From: Candidatus Poribacteria bacterium
GTDB lineage: Bacteria; Poribacteria; WGA-4E; WGA-3G
Length of the DNA stretch: 64,000 nucleotides
Assembly (NCBI GenBank): GCA_965205025.1
Contig: CBDBFU010000013.1
Location: 259,060 to 323,059, forward strand
Direction of reading: 5' to 3'
Made by a program: the position numbers and the translations under genes
The notes under the pieces: generated by a model
Databases searched by the model: none
Told to the model about the DNA's origin: nothing
The model's input: the letters and a program-made list of their open reading frames with translations, nothing else
Part shown: in pieces, positions 46,743 to 56,750 of the stretch
Layout: each line of letters begins with the position of its first letter
Numbering within the stretch: position 1 is the stretch's first letter

Positions 46743-47603
46743 ATGCTACCCTATATTGACGTACATTGCCATATTGGCATGACCGTTTCGCGGGCACCAG
46801 TTGTTGGACAAAGTGTTGGAAGATGTTTAGCTCGAATGGCTTCTGCGGATGTTATCGGGGCAATTCCATGTCCCACAGCAGGGGGTCCACAAGCACGCGG
46901 AGTTTTAGATTCACGAGCACAGAACGAGGTTATTGCGAATGCATGTAAAAAGTATCCAGAACGTTTCCCTATTGGACTTGGAATAGCGGAAGTACGACAT
47001 GAACAAGCAGGGGCAGATGAACTTGACAGAGCAATGCAAGATGATGGGTTAGTTGGATTTGTGTGTCATCCTGGATTATCAGGTCATTCCCTTGGTGGAG
47101 AATTGTATGCTTTTCTTGAAGTAGTTGCAATGCATAACGGGTTGTGTCTACTACATCAAGCAGGTTCAACGGCAAATATCGCTGCTTATGCACGACGATT
47201 TCCATCTATAACATTCATCATCGGGCATGTTTCAATGAATAAATCTGGACATCTTGATGCCATAAATCAGTGTGCTAAACAGGAAAATATCTGGTATGAT
47301 GTGGCTCAAAAACCGGAAGGAGCAGACGAGAGTTGGGATTTAGTACACCTTGTTAATAACCTTAACAAAGATAGAATTATGTTTGGGAGTGATTTGCCGT
47401 ATTACGATTTTCGTCTTGTTCAGAGACAAATTGAATCCGCAAAGATTGATGATACTACTAAGGAAAACATAGCATATCAAAACGCCGTCCGATTAATTCA
47501 ACAATTTTGTCCTAACTGGACACCAACCCTTACACCATTAACACCTCCACAGATATATTCTGAACACGAGATGTGGGATGCCAATGGGGCAAGACTAAAA
47601 TAA
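46743..47603 (+). CDS. Amidohydrolase_2 family protein
   Basis: IDVHCH, IIGH, RIMFGSDLP. Confidence 0.85.
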   Translation: MLPYIDVHCHIGMTVSRAPVVGQSVGRCLARMASADVIGAIPCPTAGGPQARGVLDSRAQNEVIANACKKYPERFPIGLGIAEVRHEQAGADELDRAMQDDGLVGFVCHPGLSGHSLGGELYAFLEVVAMHNGLCLLHQAGSTANIAAYARRFPSITFIIGHVSMNKSGHLDAINQCAKQENIWYDVAQKPEGADESWDLVHLVNNLNKDRIMFGSDLPYYDFRLVQRQIESAKIDDTTKENIAYQNAVRLIQQFCPNWTPTLTPLTPPQIYSEHEMWDANGARLK

Positions 47604-47609
47604 CAAAAC

Positions 47610-48473
47610 CTATTTGACTATCTCTACTGCCCGGATTCTCTGGCGTAGAATGAAAATGCAAAATGATGATAATCCCAACAATATGATGATTGTCCAAAAC
47701 CAATGTATATCGTAGCCACTTTCCATGCCGAATAGTGCCATACCAAGCCGATCAAGGTTTGCCCATATTGAGACTAAAGCTACTTTACTACTCGATAGAA
47801 TCTCAGAAAGGATAGCATGGATCACAGGTAATCCAAACCAAACAGAACAGAAACCTATTATCGCATACCTGGAATTCTTGGTTAAAGAAGAAAACAGCAG
47901 CATCAGTAAACTTGTAGTTACGATGATAATCGCTGAATAGAGAATAATGGAGAACGGCACCCAGAAATTTTCCTTAAGAAATGGGGTATCGGTGAGTAAG
48001 GCTTGTTCAAGAAACAAAAGTAGACCTGGAACTAATGTCATGCAAACAAGTAATATACCAATAACGATAAATTTTCCTATCAGATAATCTTTCCACGATA
48101 TTGGTTTTGAAAGGTATAAAGAAAGTGCATTATGTTTCAGGTCATTAGAGATTAAACCTGAACCACCAAAAATAACAACTAACGCTATCAAAAATGCAGT
48201 GGGAAACGGAGTAATACTAAAGAGAAATTTCTGAAAGAAATCGCTATCTATTTCAATAAATGTGGTTAGATGTTCGGGTAAAATGTTGTCGATATATATT
48301 AAGATTCCATAGGTTAAGACATAAATAATAGGGGGGATAGCAACAATTAACCTGACAATTTTTCGTTGTGTCAGTAGTTTTAGTTCTGCTTTTGCAATTA
48401 CCCACCATCGTCTGTAATTACGACGTATGAATGTGCCTTCCCAATGTCGGTAATCCTGTGTGTGAATAGGCAT
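47610..48473 (-). CDS. ABC-2 type transporter permease subunit
   Basis: LISNDLKHNALSLYLSKPIS..DYLIGK; six TM segments. Confidence 0.8.
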   Translation of the reverse strand: MPIHTQDYRHWEGTFIRRNYRRWWVIAKAELKLLTQRKIVRLIVAIPPIIYVLTYGILIYIDNILPEHLTTFIEIDSDFFQKFLFSITPFPTAFLIALVVIFGGSGLISNDLKHNALSLYLSKPISWKDYLIGKFIVIGILLVCMTLVPGLLLFLEQALLTDTPFLKENFWVPFSIILYSAIIIVTTSLLMLLFSSLTKNSRYAIIGFCSVWFGLPVIHAILSEILSSSKVALVSIWANLDRLGMALFGMESGYDIHWFWTIIILLGLSSFCIFILRQRIRAVEIVK

Positions 48474-48979
48474 TATTGTTTTCTATATATTGCAGTTCGT
48501 TCTTCGGAGTCTGTAAACGGTCCCTGTTTCTCAGTTTTCACTTCAACAACAACCATTCCTAAATATGTATCGCGTTCAGGATCGTCTTCAATTAACCTAC
48601 GGGGGATTTCTGCTGTTAGTAGTCTTTCAAGACTATTCGGTTCTTGATACCAACGAACGTCATACAGTCTACCATCATAGACTTTTTTATGTGCCTTTTC
48701 CTCACGCATGGAGTAAACTGTTGCATGGGTTGTAAAATCTGCTTCTGAGATTGTACTTACACCTACATTCGGACTTAGGATACTCTGATTCCAAATAAGG
48801 GGTATTCCGTTTCTATCCACCAGATAAATTCTGATATCTAAACGATCAGTCCGTAGATCCGATAGAATCTGAATACCTTCGAAATTTTGGATCTCTCCAG
48901 TTCCGCATGCAAGTAGAGCAAGCATACTGATACATAGGATTAAACACGAAGATTGCGATTTAAACCGATACACAAACAT
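48473..48979 (-). CDS. Hypothetical lipoprotein
   Basis: LLAC lipobox; stop overlaps the permease start. Confidence 0.65.
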   Translation of the reverse strand: MFVYRFKSQSSCLILCISMLALLACGTGEIQNFEGIQILSDLRTDRLDIRIYLVDRNGIPLIWNQSILSPNVGVSTISEADFTTHATVYSMREEKAHKKVYDGRLYDVRWYQEPNSLERLLTAEIPRRLIEDDPERDTYLGMVVVEVKTEKQGPFTDSEERTAIYRKQ

Positions 48980-49114
48980 CCTCCATAATTAGGTTTATCT
49001 TCTTTTCATTATAAACCCTATGGGATAGAGGTGTCAATCTAAATTGGACTAAATACCAACGCGATTCAGTATCTAATTTTAACTTATCGCGAATGAACCA
49101 AAGGAGAATTTCTG

Positions 49115-49768
49115 TTGAAAACAGTTTCATCCGATTTTGCAGGTGCAACATTTCCACCAGGAACGAAAGTCACCTTTTATGATAAAACAAGAAACAAACT
49201 TCACGGTACAGTACAGAGATTGCTTCTTCAATATGCTCAGGTAGCATCAACAGACGGAACTTTGTGGAATGTACCATACGGAGGAATGGAAATAACTGAA
49301 ACATGTGCCAACCCCGCAATGACACTTCCTGATATTGAAGCCATTGGGAAACGGTTAATACAAGAACATGAAGCTAAGAACGGACTCGAAACAGGTTGGA
49401 ATTTTGGTTTTGACCTTGCTCCAGCACGGGCAGGAATTTGTCGATATAAAGAAAAGCAGATATCCCTTTCTGTAACATACTGTTTAAAGGCTACAAAAGC
49501 AGAAATACGGAATACCATTCTCCACGAAATAGCACACGCGATCGTAGGAGCAAAACATGGCCACGATGGGGTATGGAAGGCTGTAGCCGGAAAGATTGGA
49601 TGTACAGCGGAACGGTGCCACCGTGTAGAACATACAACACCACGCTGGTTGGGACAGTGTGGATGTGGAAAACAGTGGACACGGCAACGCCTCACTCAAC
49701 GCGCAAGATATGGAATATGTCCTTCATGTGGAGATAATATACAATGGAATAGAACAGGTGTTGAATAA
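49115..49768 (+). CDS. SprT-like zinc metalloprotease with C-terminal zinc ribbon
   Basis: RAGIC, ILHEIAH, HGH..VWK, CGC...CPSC. Confidence 0.85.
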   Translation: MKTVSSDFAGATFPPGTKVTFYDKTRNKLHGTVQRLLLQYAQVASTDGTLWNVPYGGMEITETCANPAMTLPDIEAIGKRLIQEHEAKNGLETGWNFGFDLAPARAGICRYKEKQISLSVTYCLKATKAEIRNTILHEIAHAIVGAKHGHDGVWKAVAGKIGCTAERCHRVEHTTPRWLGQCGCGKQWTRQRLTQRARYGICPSCGDNIQWNRTGVE

Positions 49769-49830
49769 CTTAAGAATAAAATCTAATTCAATCTTGGATA
49801 AAATATAACAATTTACATTAAGGAGAAATT

Positions 49831-49983
49831 ATGAGTACATTCATGAAAATTGCAGTCCTAATAATAATGATCGTTAGTCTTGTTGGTGTTTTTACTGAGT
49901 ATATAACTTTTATGGAATTCATAGTTGCTATCTATGGCGGAATCTTTCTGTTTCTATATACAAGATACTTGGAGAAGTCATGA
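49831..49983 (+). CDS. 50-aa two-helix small membrane protein
   Basis: RBS AAGGAG; MSTFMKIAVLIIMIVSLVGVFTEYITFMEFIVAIYGGIFLFLYTRYLEKS*. Confidence 0.55.
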   Translation: MSTFMKIAVLIIMIVSLVGVFTEYITFMEFIVAIYGGIFLFLYTRYLEKS

Positions 49984-50151
49984 CTCTCATAAAAGGGTAG
50001 GGTTGAATGATTCTGTTGTAATAGCCACCACCTTATTAGCAGAGTTTATTACAACCAGTGTCAAGTTAACCATACAATCTGAAATTTAACTCAGACTGGA
50101 CTCCATACTTTAGATATTTCAAATACGCACTTCTTAATATGATCATATATA

Positions 50152-50943
50152 CTATTTTATGATGTTTTCCATCCGTTCTTGAACCAGTTCTTTCAGTTCA
50201 GGATGTGTGAAAATATAGAATGTACCAGTCTGAATAGCCTTGTAGACATGATCAGCAACTTCTTCAGGTGACATCCCCGCTTCCATCTCCAAACGAACGT
50301 TTCGTACTCCACTAATTGATTCCACACTGGAATTTCGTGGTTTGTCTGGACGGTTTCGATCAGATTCCAATATTCCCGTCCGTACCCAACCTGGACACAA
50401 GACATGCACCTGAATTTCTGAACCCTTCTGCGCTAATTCATCTGCAAGGGTTTCTGATAACACCACAACACCATGTTTGGTTATCTTGTAAATCCCTTCA
50501 CCCGGACCTCTCACCATGCCTAAAATAGAGGCGGTGTTAACAATATGACACTTCGTCTCTTGAGTAAGCATACGTGGAACAAATGAACGGATTCCATGTA
50601 TGACACCCCATAAGTTTACTCCTAACACCCATTCCCAATCTTCAATTGTATGTTCCCAGATAGGACGACTGGTAACAACACCAGCATTATTGCAAAGTAT
50701 AGTCACCTGTCCAAAAGTATTGTATGCTTGTTCCGCAAGGTTTTCTAACTCTTCAGGTTTAGAAACATCCGTTCTTATACTCAGGACGGTCGCCCCCCTA
50801 TGTTTTAGGTCAATTTCAAGTTCTGCTAAAGGCTCTTCTTCAATATCAGCAAGGACTACTGCCATCCCTTCCGCAGCAAAACGTTCCGCCATGCCACGTC
50901 CGATACCACTTGCAGCACCGGTAATCACAGCAACACGCTTCAT
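50152..50943 (-). CDS. SDR family oxidoreductase
   Basis: TGAASGIG, NNAG, NTAS, YKITK. Confidence 0.92.
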   Translation of the reverse strand: MKRVAVITGAASGIGRGMAERFAAEGMAVVLADIEEEPLAELEIDLKHRGATVLSIRTDVSKPEELENLAEQAYNTFGQVTILCNNAGVVTSRPIWEHTIEDWEWVLGVNLWGVIHGIRSFVPRMLTQETKCHIVNTASILGMVRGPGEGIYKITKHGVVVLSETLADELAQKGSEIQVHVLCPGWVRTGILESDRNRPDKPRNSSVESISGVRNVRLEMEAGMSPEEVADHVYKAIQTGTFYIFTHPELKELVQERMENIIK

Positions 50944-51630
50944 TCAAATTTCCTCTTGACGTTGCTGATGGTATTTTTCTAATTCACTGTTTGCATTGAT
51001 GATTGTCTCTAACTTCTCAATGATAGTGGCAATATGTTTACCAGGGAAGGCAAAGTAGAAATCATCATCAGAAAGTCCAGTATAAACCCTGTTACCTATA
51101 CACCCTAAACTGCTTGCGGTTTGTCCCGAATCCAGGACAGCAGGTATGACAGCACATGTAGGTCTCCCCATGACACTGTTATCTGTTCCAATACCGGCAG
51201 CGGTTGCTGCTTCTGTTAATAACATCATCTGTTTAGGTGTACCTGATACAAGAACAACATCAGGTATATTAGCAACATCTTCTAATGGAGAATACACTGC
51301 ATTCTGGAATGCCTCGTCCCGCTTAGGTATCCCAGGAACTTCATCCATTGAAATATAACCAAGTTCTCCCATGAGTCCAAGAGTATTTTCCAATTCCTTC
51401 ATCTGTTCATCTGGTAATTCCACATTATGCGTATAACATCCAATTGGACAGTTATAGTGGTCAGATGCCTCCGTATAGAAGGTCTTACCCTCCGATGCAC
51501 GTTTCCAATATGTGCACCCTGAGGCTTCCACTCTATGCACGCGAGAGACATCATTTGGTTGTGATTCATGAAATGTTACTGCGATGGGTGCGGTATCCAA
51601 TTCGAGTAATTCCTGTAATTGTTCTGACAT
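50944..51630 (-). CDS. DUF169 family protein (Cys-rich)
   Basis: PIAV, GCTYW, NCPIG, PDVVLV..TPKQMM, PTCA, LGCIGNR. Confidence 0.75.
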   Translation of the reverse strand: MSEQLQELLELDTAPIAVTFHESQPNDVSRVHRVEASGCTYWKRASEGKTFYTEASDHYNCPIGCYTHNVELPDEQMKELENTLGLMGELGYISMDEVPGIPKRDEAFQNAVYSPLEDVANIPDVVLVSGTPKQMMLLTEAATAAGIGTDNSVMGRPTCAVIPAVLDSGQTASSLGCIGNRVYTGLSDDDFYFAFPGKHIATIIEKLETIINANSELEKYHQQRQEEI

Positions 51631-51712
51631 ATATTCTCCTTTCCAATTCTTATGTAAGTAGTAATGTTATTGTGCTGCTACAAACCTGAAATACTGTTGG
51701 ATATAAGAGTAA

Positions 51713-53116
51713 TTAAATCTGTATTGGGGCAAACTGCCCATCAGTTGGTTCCGCTCAGCAGAACCACGCTTCTGTAATTCGGGGTGCGGATAAATGGGTC
51801 TTTTTCTTTATCTTAGGTGGAGATTTTCCACTTAATTCTATTGCTACTTTCCATATACGATAGAAAGTATTCAAGGAATCAACACCTGTTAGGGTATCAT
51901 CTTCCACTAAGCTATTAACTGTTTTATGTAGTTCATCCATCCGGATGTCAGGATGTTCCCAAATATAACTAAAGGCTGATTCATCAAGTGTTAGGGATAG
52001 TGCTTTTAACTCAGGACGATTAAGTAAGTATGATCCGGGTGGAATTAACAAACGAACAGCAAACTGAACTGGATCAACATGGTAGACAAGACGATGGGTA
52101 TCAACGAATTCAAATATTTCAAGATAGTCGTCTAAGGTTGTCCACGGTGTAAACGGAACCCAGGTAGGTCGTAATGCAATTCCAGCACTATGAACAATCT
52201 CAATTGCGTCTTCAACATCAGAACGAGTATGATGTTTTTCTAAAATCGTCAACACATTATCACTTAGTGATTCCACAGCAGAGATAACAAAACGACAACC
52301 GAGTTCTGCGAATTCTGGAAAGTGTTTGCTGTGTTTTAGAATATGCTCAACTTTAGTGGTGAAATCAAAGGTAAGATTAGGATAGGTGTCGTGCATTTCC
52401 CGTAGGATACGGAGACCATGCAGTGGACCATTCAGAAAATCCGGATCACCGAATGTAATATGTGTAGCACCTTCCGCAACCTGTTTGTGTATTTCTCTCA
52501 GTACTGTATCTTGAGGTATGGGATAGAATTTTCCGTTATACACTGGAGGAATGGGACAATGTGTACAAAGATGTTTACACCCATGCGTTGTTTCTGTATA
52601 ACCAACGTGTCGTACCTCGCCGTTATCCTCAAATTGCGCATACTTCTCTAAGGAGGGTAGATTATCAACTGGCACGTCTGATAAGGGTAATTCCTGCTCT
52701 TCATTTTTTGAAAGAGACTGTACCAAGTCCACAAGTTGTTCAGAAACATCACCCTTACCTATACAGTAATCAACACCGATTGAAAGTAGATAATCTGCAT
52801 TAAGTTCCGCATAGAGTCCATACATGCATATTACAACATCTGGATTGAGATCACGAATACGGTGTTGTAAGTGAACACCAAGCCGAAGTGCAGTATGCAT
52901 TGGGACAGAGATACCGATAAACTTTGCCTGTTTGACCTTCTCAGTATCCAGTGGTTCAACGGCAATATCTATTGTATTAGGTAAGAATCCTGCATCTTCA
53001 AGTACATCAAGTGGACGCGTCAACCCTATAGGACGGTGTCCGAGTTCGTAACAGGATATTAGTAGGACAGCCCCAGAAGAGTGCATCAATGAGAGTATAG
53101 GAGTTTTTTCATTCAT
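51713..53116 (-). CDS. CUAEP-tail radical SAM selenoprotein (Sec at UGA 51755-51757)
   Basis: CKHLCTHC radical SAM motif; reading through TGA gives ...EAWFC-U-AEPTDGQFAPIQI* ending at TAA 51713-51715. Confidence 0.82.
51727..51739 (-). promoter_or_regulatory. Putative bacterial SECIS hairpin
   Basis: mRNA GGGCA-GUU-UGCCC starting 15 nt after the UGA, with G as the first loop base. Confidence 0.6.
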
Positions 53117-53280
53117 ACTAAATAGGGTATCATACCATCACCGAATAAGACAATAGTATCTAAACCATCTCCCAGTCTGACTCAACAAATGTGTCATGTT
53201 GGTGGTTGAGCCAGAGTGAAGATCGGGATATATTCGTAGACGTTATAATCCATCTATATCCTGAACATAGATTAGGAATA

Positions 53281-54729
53281 TTACAAATGAGGATAGGTGG
53301 TATTCGGATCATAATCTGGCAATAAAGCCTTATGTGGCTGACCTGCGATGAGTTGTTCCCCATCTGTGAATCCTTCAGGACGCTCCTTTAGAAACTCAAT
53401 CAGTCGATTCCGCCAAGGTGTTAATTGCGTATCGGCATCATCTTGTCTGGCTAAATCACGCGTTTCATGCGGATCATTCACCAAATCAAATAGATGTTCT
53501 TGACCGGTCTGGGAATACCAGATATATTTATACTCTCCATCAACCAAATAGTGGTTTCCATGTCTATTTTCATAGCAACCCGAATGCTCACCGTGTAGAC
53601 AATCACGAACACTTTCAGACTCTCCATTCATAATAGGGAGTAAACTCTTACCAGTACAGGTTTCTGGTATGTCAATATTCGCTGCATCCAGAATGGTTGG
53701 CATTATATCTTGTAAACCCACAGGACTGTTACATACTGTTTCTTGCGGATAACCCCATCGTCTTGGTGCTCGCATCAGGAAAGGCACACGTGCAGATGCT
53801 TCATAAGGAAAGGTCTTTCGGAACATGTTGTGATCCCCTAACATCTCACCGTGATCAGAAGTGAAAATGACGAGACAGTCATTCAAATCACCGACATTCT
53901 GTAGCAATCGACCGACCTGATCGTCAATAAAATTAATCATCCCGTAATAGGCAGCACGCGCACAGTTCATATCATGACTATCCAGACAAATCTCCCATGC
54001 ATTTGGGTTCAATCCTTTCTGAGCACCATCAAATTCTGGTGCCCAATCACCAACCACTGGGGGAGGTAGATCACGTTGAATATAACGGTCATAATAATGC
54101 CCAGGTGGGGTCAATGGTGGATGTGGATCTATAAAGGAGATATTCAGAAAATACGGTACTGAACGATCACGTTTTTGTATGAATTTTAGAGCACGGTCTA
54201 CACACCAAAAGGTGTGCATCTGTTCCTCCGGTAAATGATGCGGACGTCCAACCCAACCATTCGCAGCGACACCGTGTGCCATACCGGGATCAAAGTCATC
54301 CCTACGATGGTATTGCTGCAACCATTCAACATAATCATTATTCGCAACGCCATGTGTAGCATCGGATAATTGGATATGGTCAAAACCGTAACGTTTACGT
54401 GGTGGACTCAGGTGTAGCTTCCCAACCATTTCTGTCTGATAACCCGCTGCTGACAATTCACCAGCAAGTGTATGGGGTGGATTCCAATCCGCACCTGTAT
54501 ATCCTACCATACCGTTGGCAGCAGGTGCTGTACCTGTCATTATACCGCGTCGGGCGGGGATACAACTCGGACATTCAGCATACCCACGGTGGAAGTGTGT
54601 TCCGCTTCGACCAATCCAATCTAAGTTGGGTGTCTGTAAACATGCAGGAGCATTTGGATCTATCCCTAAACAGTCTCCACGTTGTTGGTCGGTTGTGATT
54701 AGCACGATATTCGGACGGTCATCAGACAT
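53281..54729 (-). CDS. Arylsulfatase / sulfatase
   Basis: TTDQQR, CIPARR, GKLH, PHPP, SDHGEMLG. Confidence 0.92.
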   Translation of the reverse strand: MSDDRPNIVLITTDQQRGDCLGIDPNAPACLQTPNLDWIGRSGTHFHRGYAECPSCIPARRGIMTGTAPAANGMVGYTGADWNPPHTLAGELSAAGYQTEMVGKLHLSPPRKRYGFDHIQLSDATHGVANNDYVEWLQQYHRRDDFDPGMAHGVAANGWVGRPHHLPEEQMHTFWCVDRALKFIQKRDRSVPYFLNISFIDPHPPLTPPGHYYDRYIQRDLPPPVVGDWAPEFDGAQKGLNPNAWEICLDSHDMNCARAAYYGMINFIDDQVGRLLQNVGDLNDCLVIFTSDHGEMLGDHNMFRKTFPYEASARVPFLMRAPRRWGYPQETVCNSPVGLQDIMPTILDAANIDIPETCTGKSLLPIMNGESESVRDCLHGEHSGCYENRHGNHYLVDGEYKYIWYSQTGQEHLFDLVNDPHETRDLARQDDADTQLTPWRNRLIEFLKERPEGFTDGEQLIAGQPHKALLPDYDPNTTYPHL

Positions 54730-54986
54730 AAAAATCTCCCATATTTGAGTTGAATTCTAATTTAAGTCACGGCAGGTAGGACTACCAAAATGCTATAAAC
54801 AAATCTTTCGTTGAATCCCACAGGAGTCTTAATTTCACATGCGAGTTTGATAATAGCCAAATAGGCTTCATTCTTCCAAAAATACCACTCCCATAGACCG
54901 GTAGGTTCAGTTTCCTAACCCCACCATTAGCGTCAATTTTGAGAAATATGTATCCCAGGCCGGTAGGTGTGGTTTCCCAACCGCAC

Positions 54987-56441
54987 TATAGGCGTCAATT
55001 TAAGAAAAAGGATGTCTGATTTTTCAATAATAATTATTGTTAAGTGAAAACACCTCCTATATAATGTATAAAAATATTACCTTTTACTTTATACAAGAGG
55101 TATTTCCAATGAATACATTATCACAGGTTCCTGAAAAAATGCAACAGATTCTAACAACCATTGCTGATGAAGCAGCCCTTGAAACAGGATTTTGCAAAAG
55201 AAATCGAAAACTTGCGGGGAGTCATTTTGCTCAGACACTTATTTATAGTTGGTTAGAAAATCCTGATGCCACCTATACTCAACTTACACATACTGCTGCT
55301 TCTCTCGGTACTCCAATCTCACGACAAGCGATTGAACAACGATTTACTGCTGAAGCTACACAAACCCTCAAAGCAATCCTTGACGCGGCTGCGTCCGAAA
55401 TGATTTCCGCGGATCCACAAGTTCTTCCACTCCTTGAACAGTTCAACGGTATCTATATACAAGACAGTTCTTGGATAATACTCCCTGATACGCTTCACGA
55501 TATTTGGGAAGGCGCCGGTAAAAAGGATTATCCGAACAAATCCGAAGTGAAACTCCATCTACGCTTCGATGTTGCTACAGGTACCTTTGAACACTTTCAA
55601 CTCACCAACGGTATCACTGCTGATAGCACTGTAGAAAAACAGATTGACCGGCTCCCCCAAGGGAGTTTACGCCTTGCGGATCTCGGTTATTTTTCACTAC
55701 AAACCCTACAAGAACTTACGGATGAAGGCGTGTTTTGGATTTCACGGTATAAAGTTAGGTGTTCCCTTTTTGACAATACAGAAAAGCCTCTTTGTTTACA
55801 TAAATGGCTCAAGTTTCAGACCGAAAACATTATCGAAACAGATATTTTCATAGGTACAAAAAAGCGGATGAAAGTAAGATTAGTAGCTCAGAGACTCTCC
55901 GAAGAAGAAACCGAAAAACGACGACGAGATATCAACTATCGTGCCAAACGAAAGCATACACAAGCATCACAGGCACGGCTCCAACTCGCAGGTTGGAATA
56001 TCTACATTACAAATATTGGAACGGATCAACTCACTGCTGAACAGATATGTGTCATTGCGCGGATTCGATGGCAGATCGAATTGATATTTAAGTGCTTTAA
56101 AAGTCTAGGAAAAGTAGACACATCTCGAAGTAAAAAACCGTATCGTATTCTATGTGAAATGTATGCTAAACTGATTGTCGCAATCATTCGGCATTGGGTG
56201 ATGTTGGTCATAGGATGGCGATGTTTACGGCATAGTCTATCGAAAACAGTAGATCTTATTACATCCTACACACGCACAATCACAACAAACTTTCGCAAGT
56301 CTAAGAAGCATCTTAGGCAGACATTTGATGAAATAAAACAAGTATTCGAAACAGGATGCTATATTGAGAGACGAGCTAATAGAAAAACAACATTGGAATA
56401 TCTTGAAAATGCTACAAAAAAACACTAAATTGACGCCTATG
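54987..56441 (+). mobile_element. IS4-family insertion sequence
   Basis: TIRs TATAGGCGTCAATTTA (54987) and TAAATTGACGCCTATG (ends 56441) bracket the transposase. Confidence 0.85.
55109..56428 (+). CDS. IS4 family DDE transposase
   Basis: IQDSS, LADLGYF, RIRWQIELIFKCFKS; ATG after GAGG at 55109. Confidence 0.9.
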   Translation: MNTLSQVPEKMQQILTTIADEAALETGFCKRNRKLAGSHFAQTLIYSWLENPDATYTQLTHTAASLGTPISRQAIEQRFTAEATQTLKAILDAAASEMISADPQVLPLLEQFNGIYIQDSSWIILPDTLHDIWEGAGKKDYPNKSEVKLHLRFDVATGTFEHFQLTNGITADSTVEKQIDRLPQGSLRLADLGYFSLQTLQELTDEGVFWISRYKVRCSLFDNTEKPLCLHKWLKFQTENIIETDIFIGTKKRMKVRLVAQRLSEEETEKRRRDINYRAKRKHTQASQARLQLAGWNIYITNIGTDQLTAEQICVIARIRWQIELIFKCFKSLGKVDTSRSKKPYRILCEMYAKLIVAIIRHWVMLVIGWRCLRHSLSKTVDLITSYTRTITTNFRKSKKHLRQTFDEIKQVFETGCYIERRANRKTTLEYLENATKKH

Positions 56442-56750
56442 GTGCGGTTTCCTAACCGCACCGGATTCTACAAGAAACTGGAAATTACCCGAATAAATTC
56501 TTTAACTTCATTAGGGACGGAATGTTTATAGAAATCGTTATCACAAATACCATAAGCCCCAGAGGGGCGAAATGTTTGTAGAAAACGGTTGAAACCCACA
56601 AAACAAGCCCCAGCGGGGCGAAAGGTGTATCCATAAATTGACACCTATTGGACATTAAACGTCAAAACCAAAGGCTTATGTTCAATTTCTTCAGCAATAA
56701 CAACAAACGCAATTAGTCGTTTTGGACTTGGTAGATTTCATTTTTTCAAA

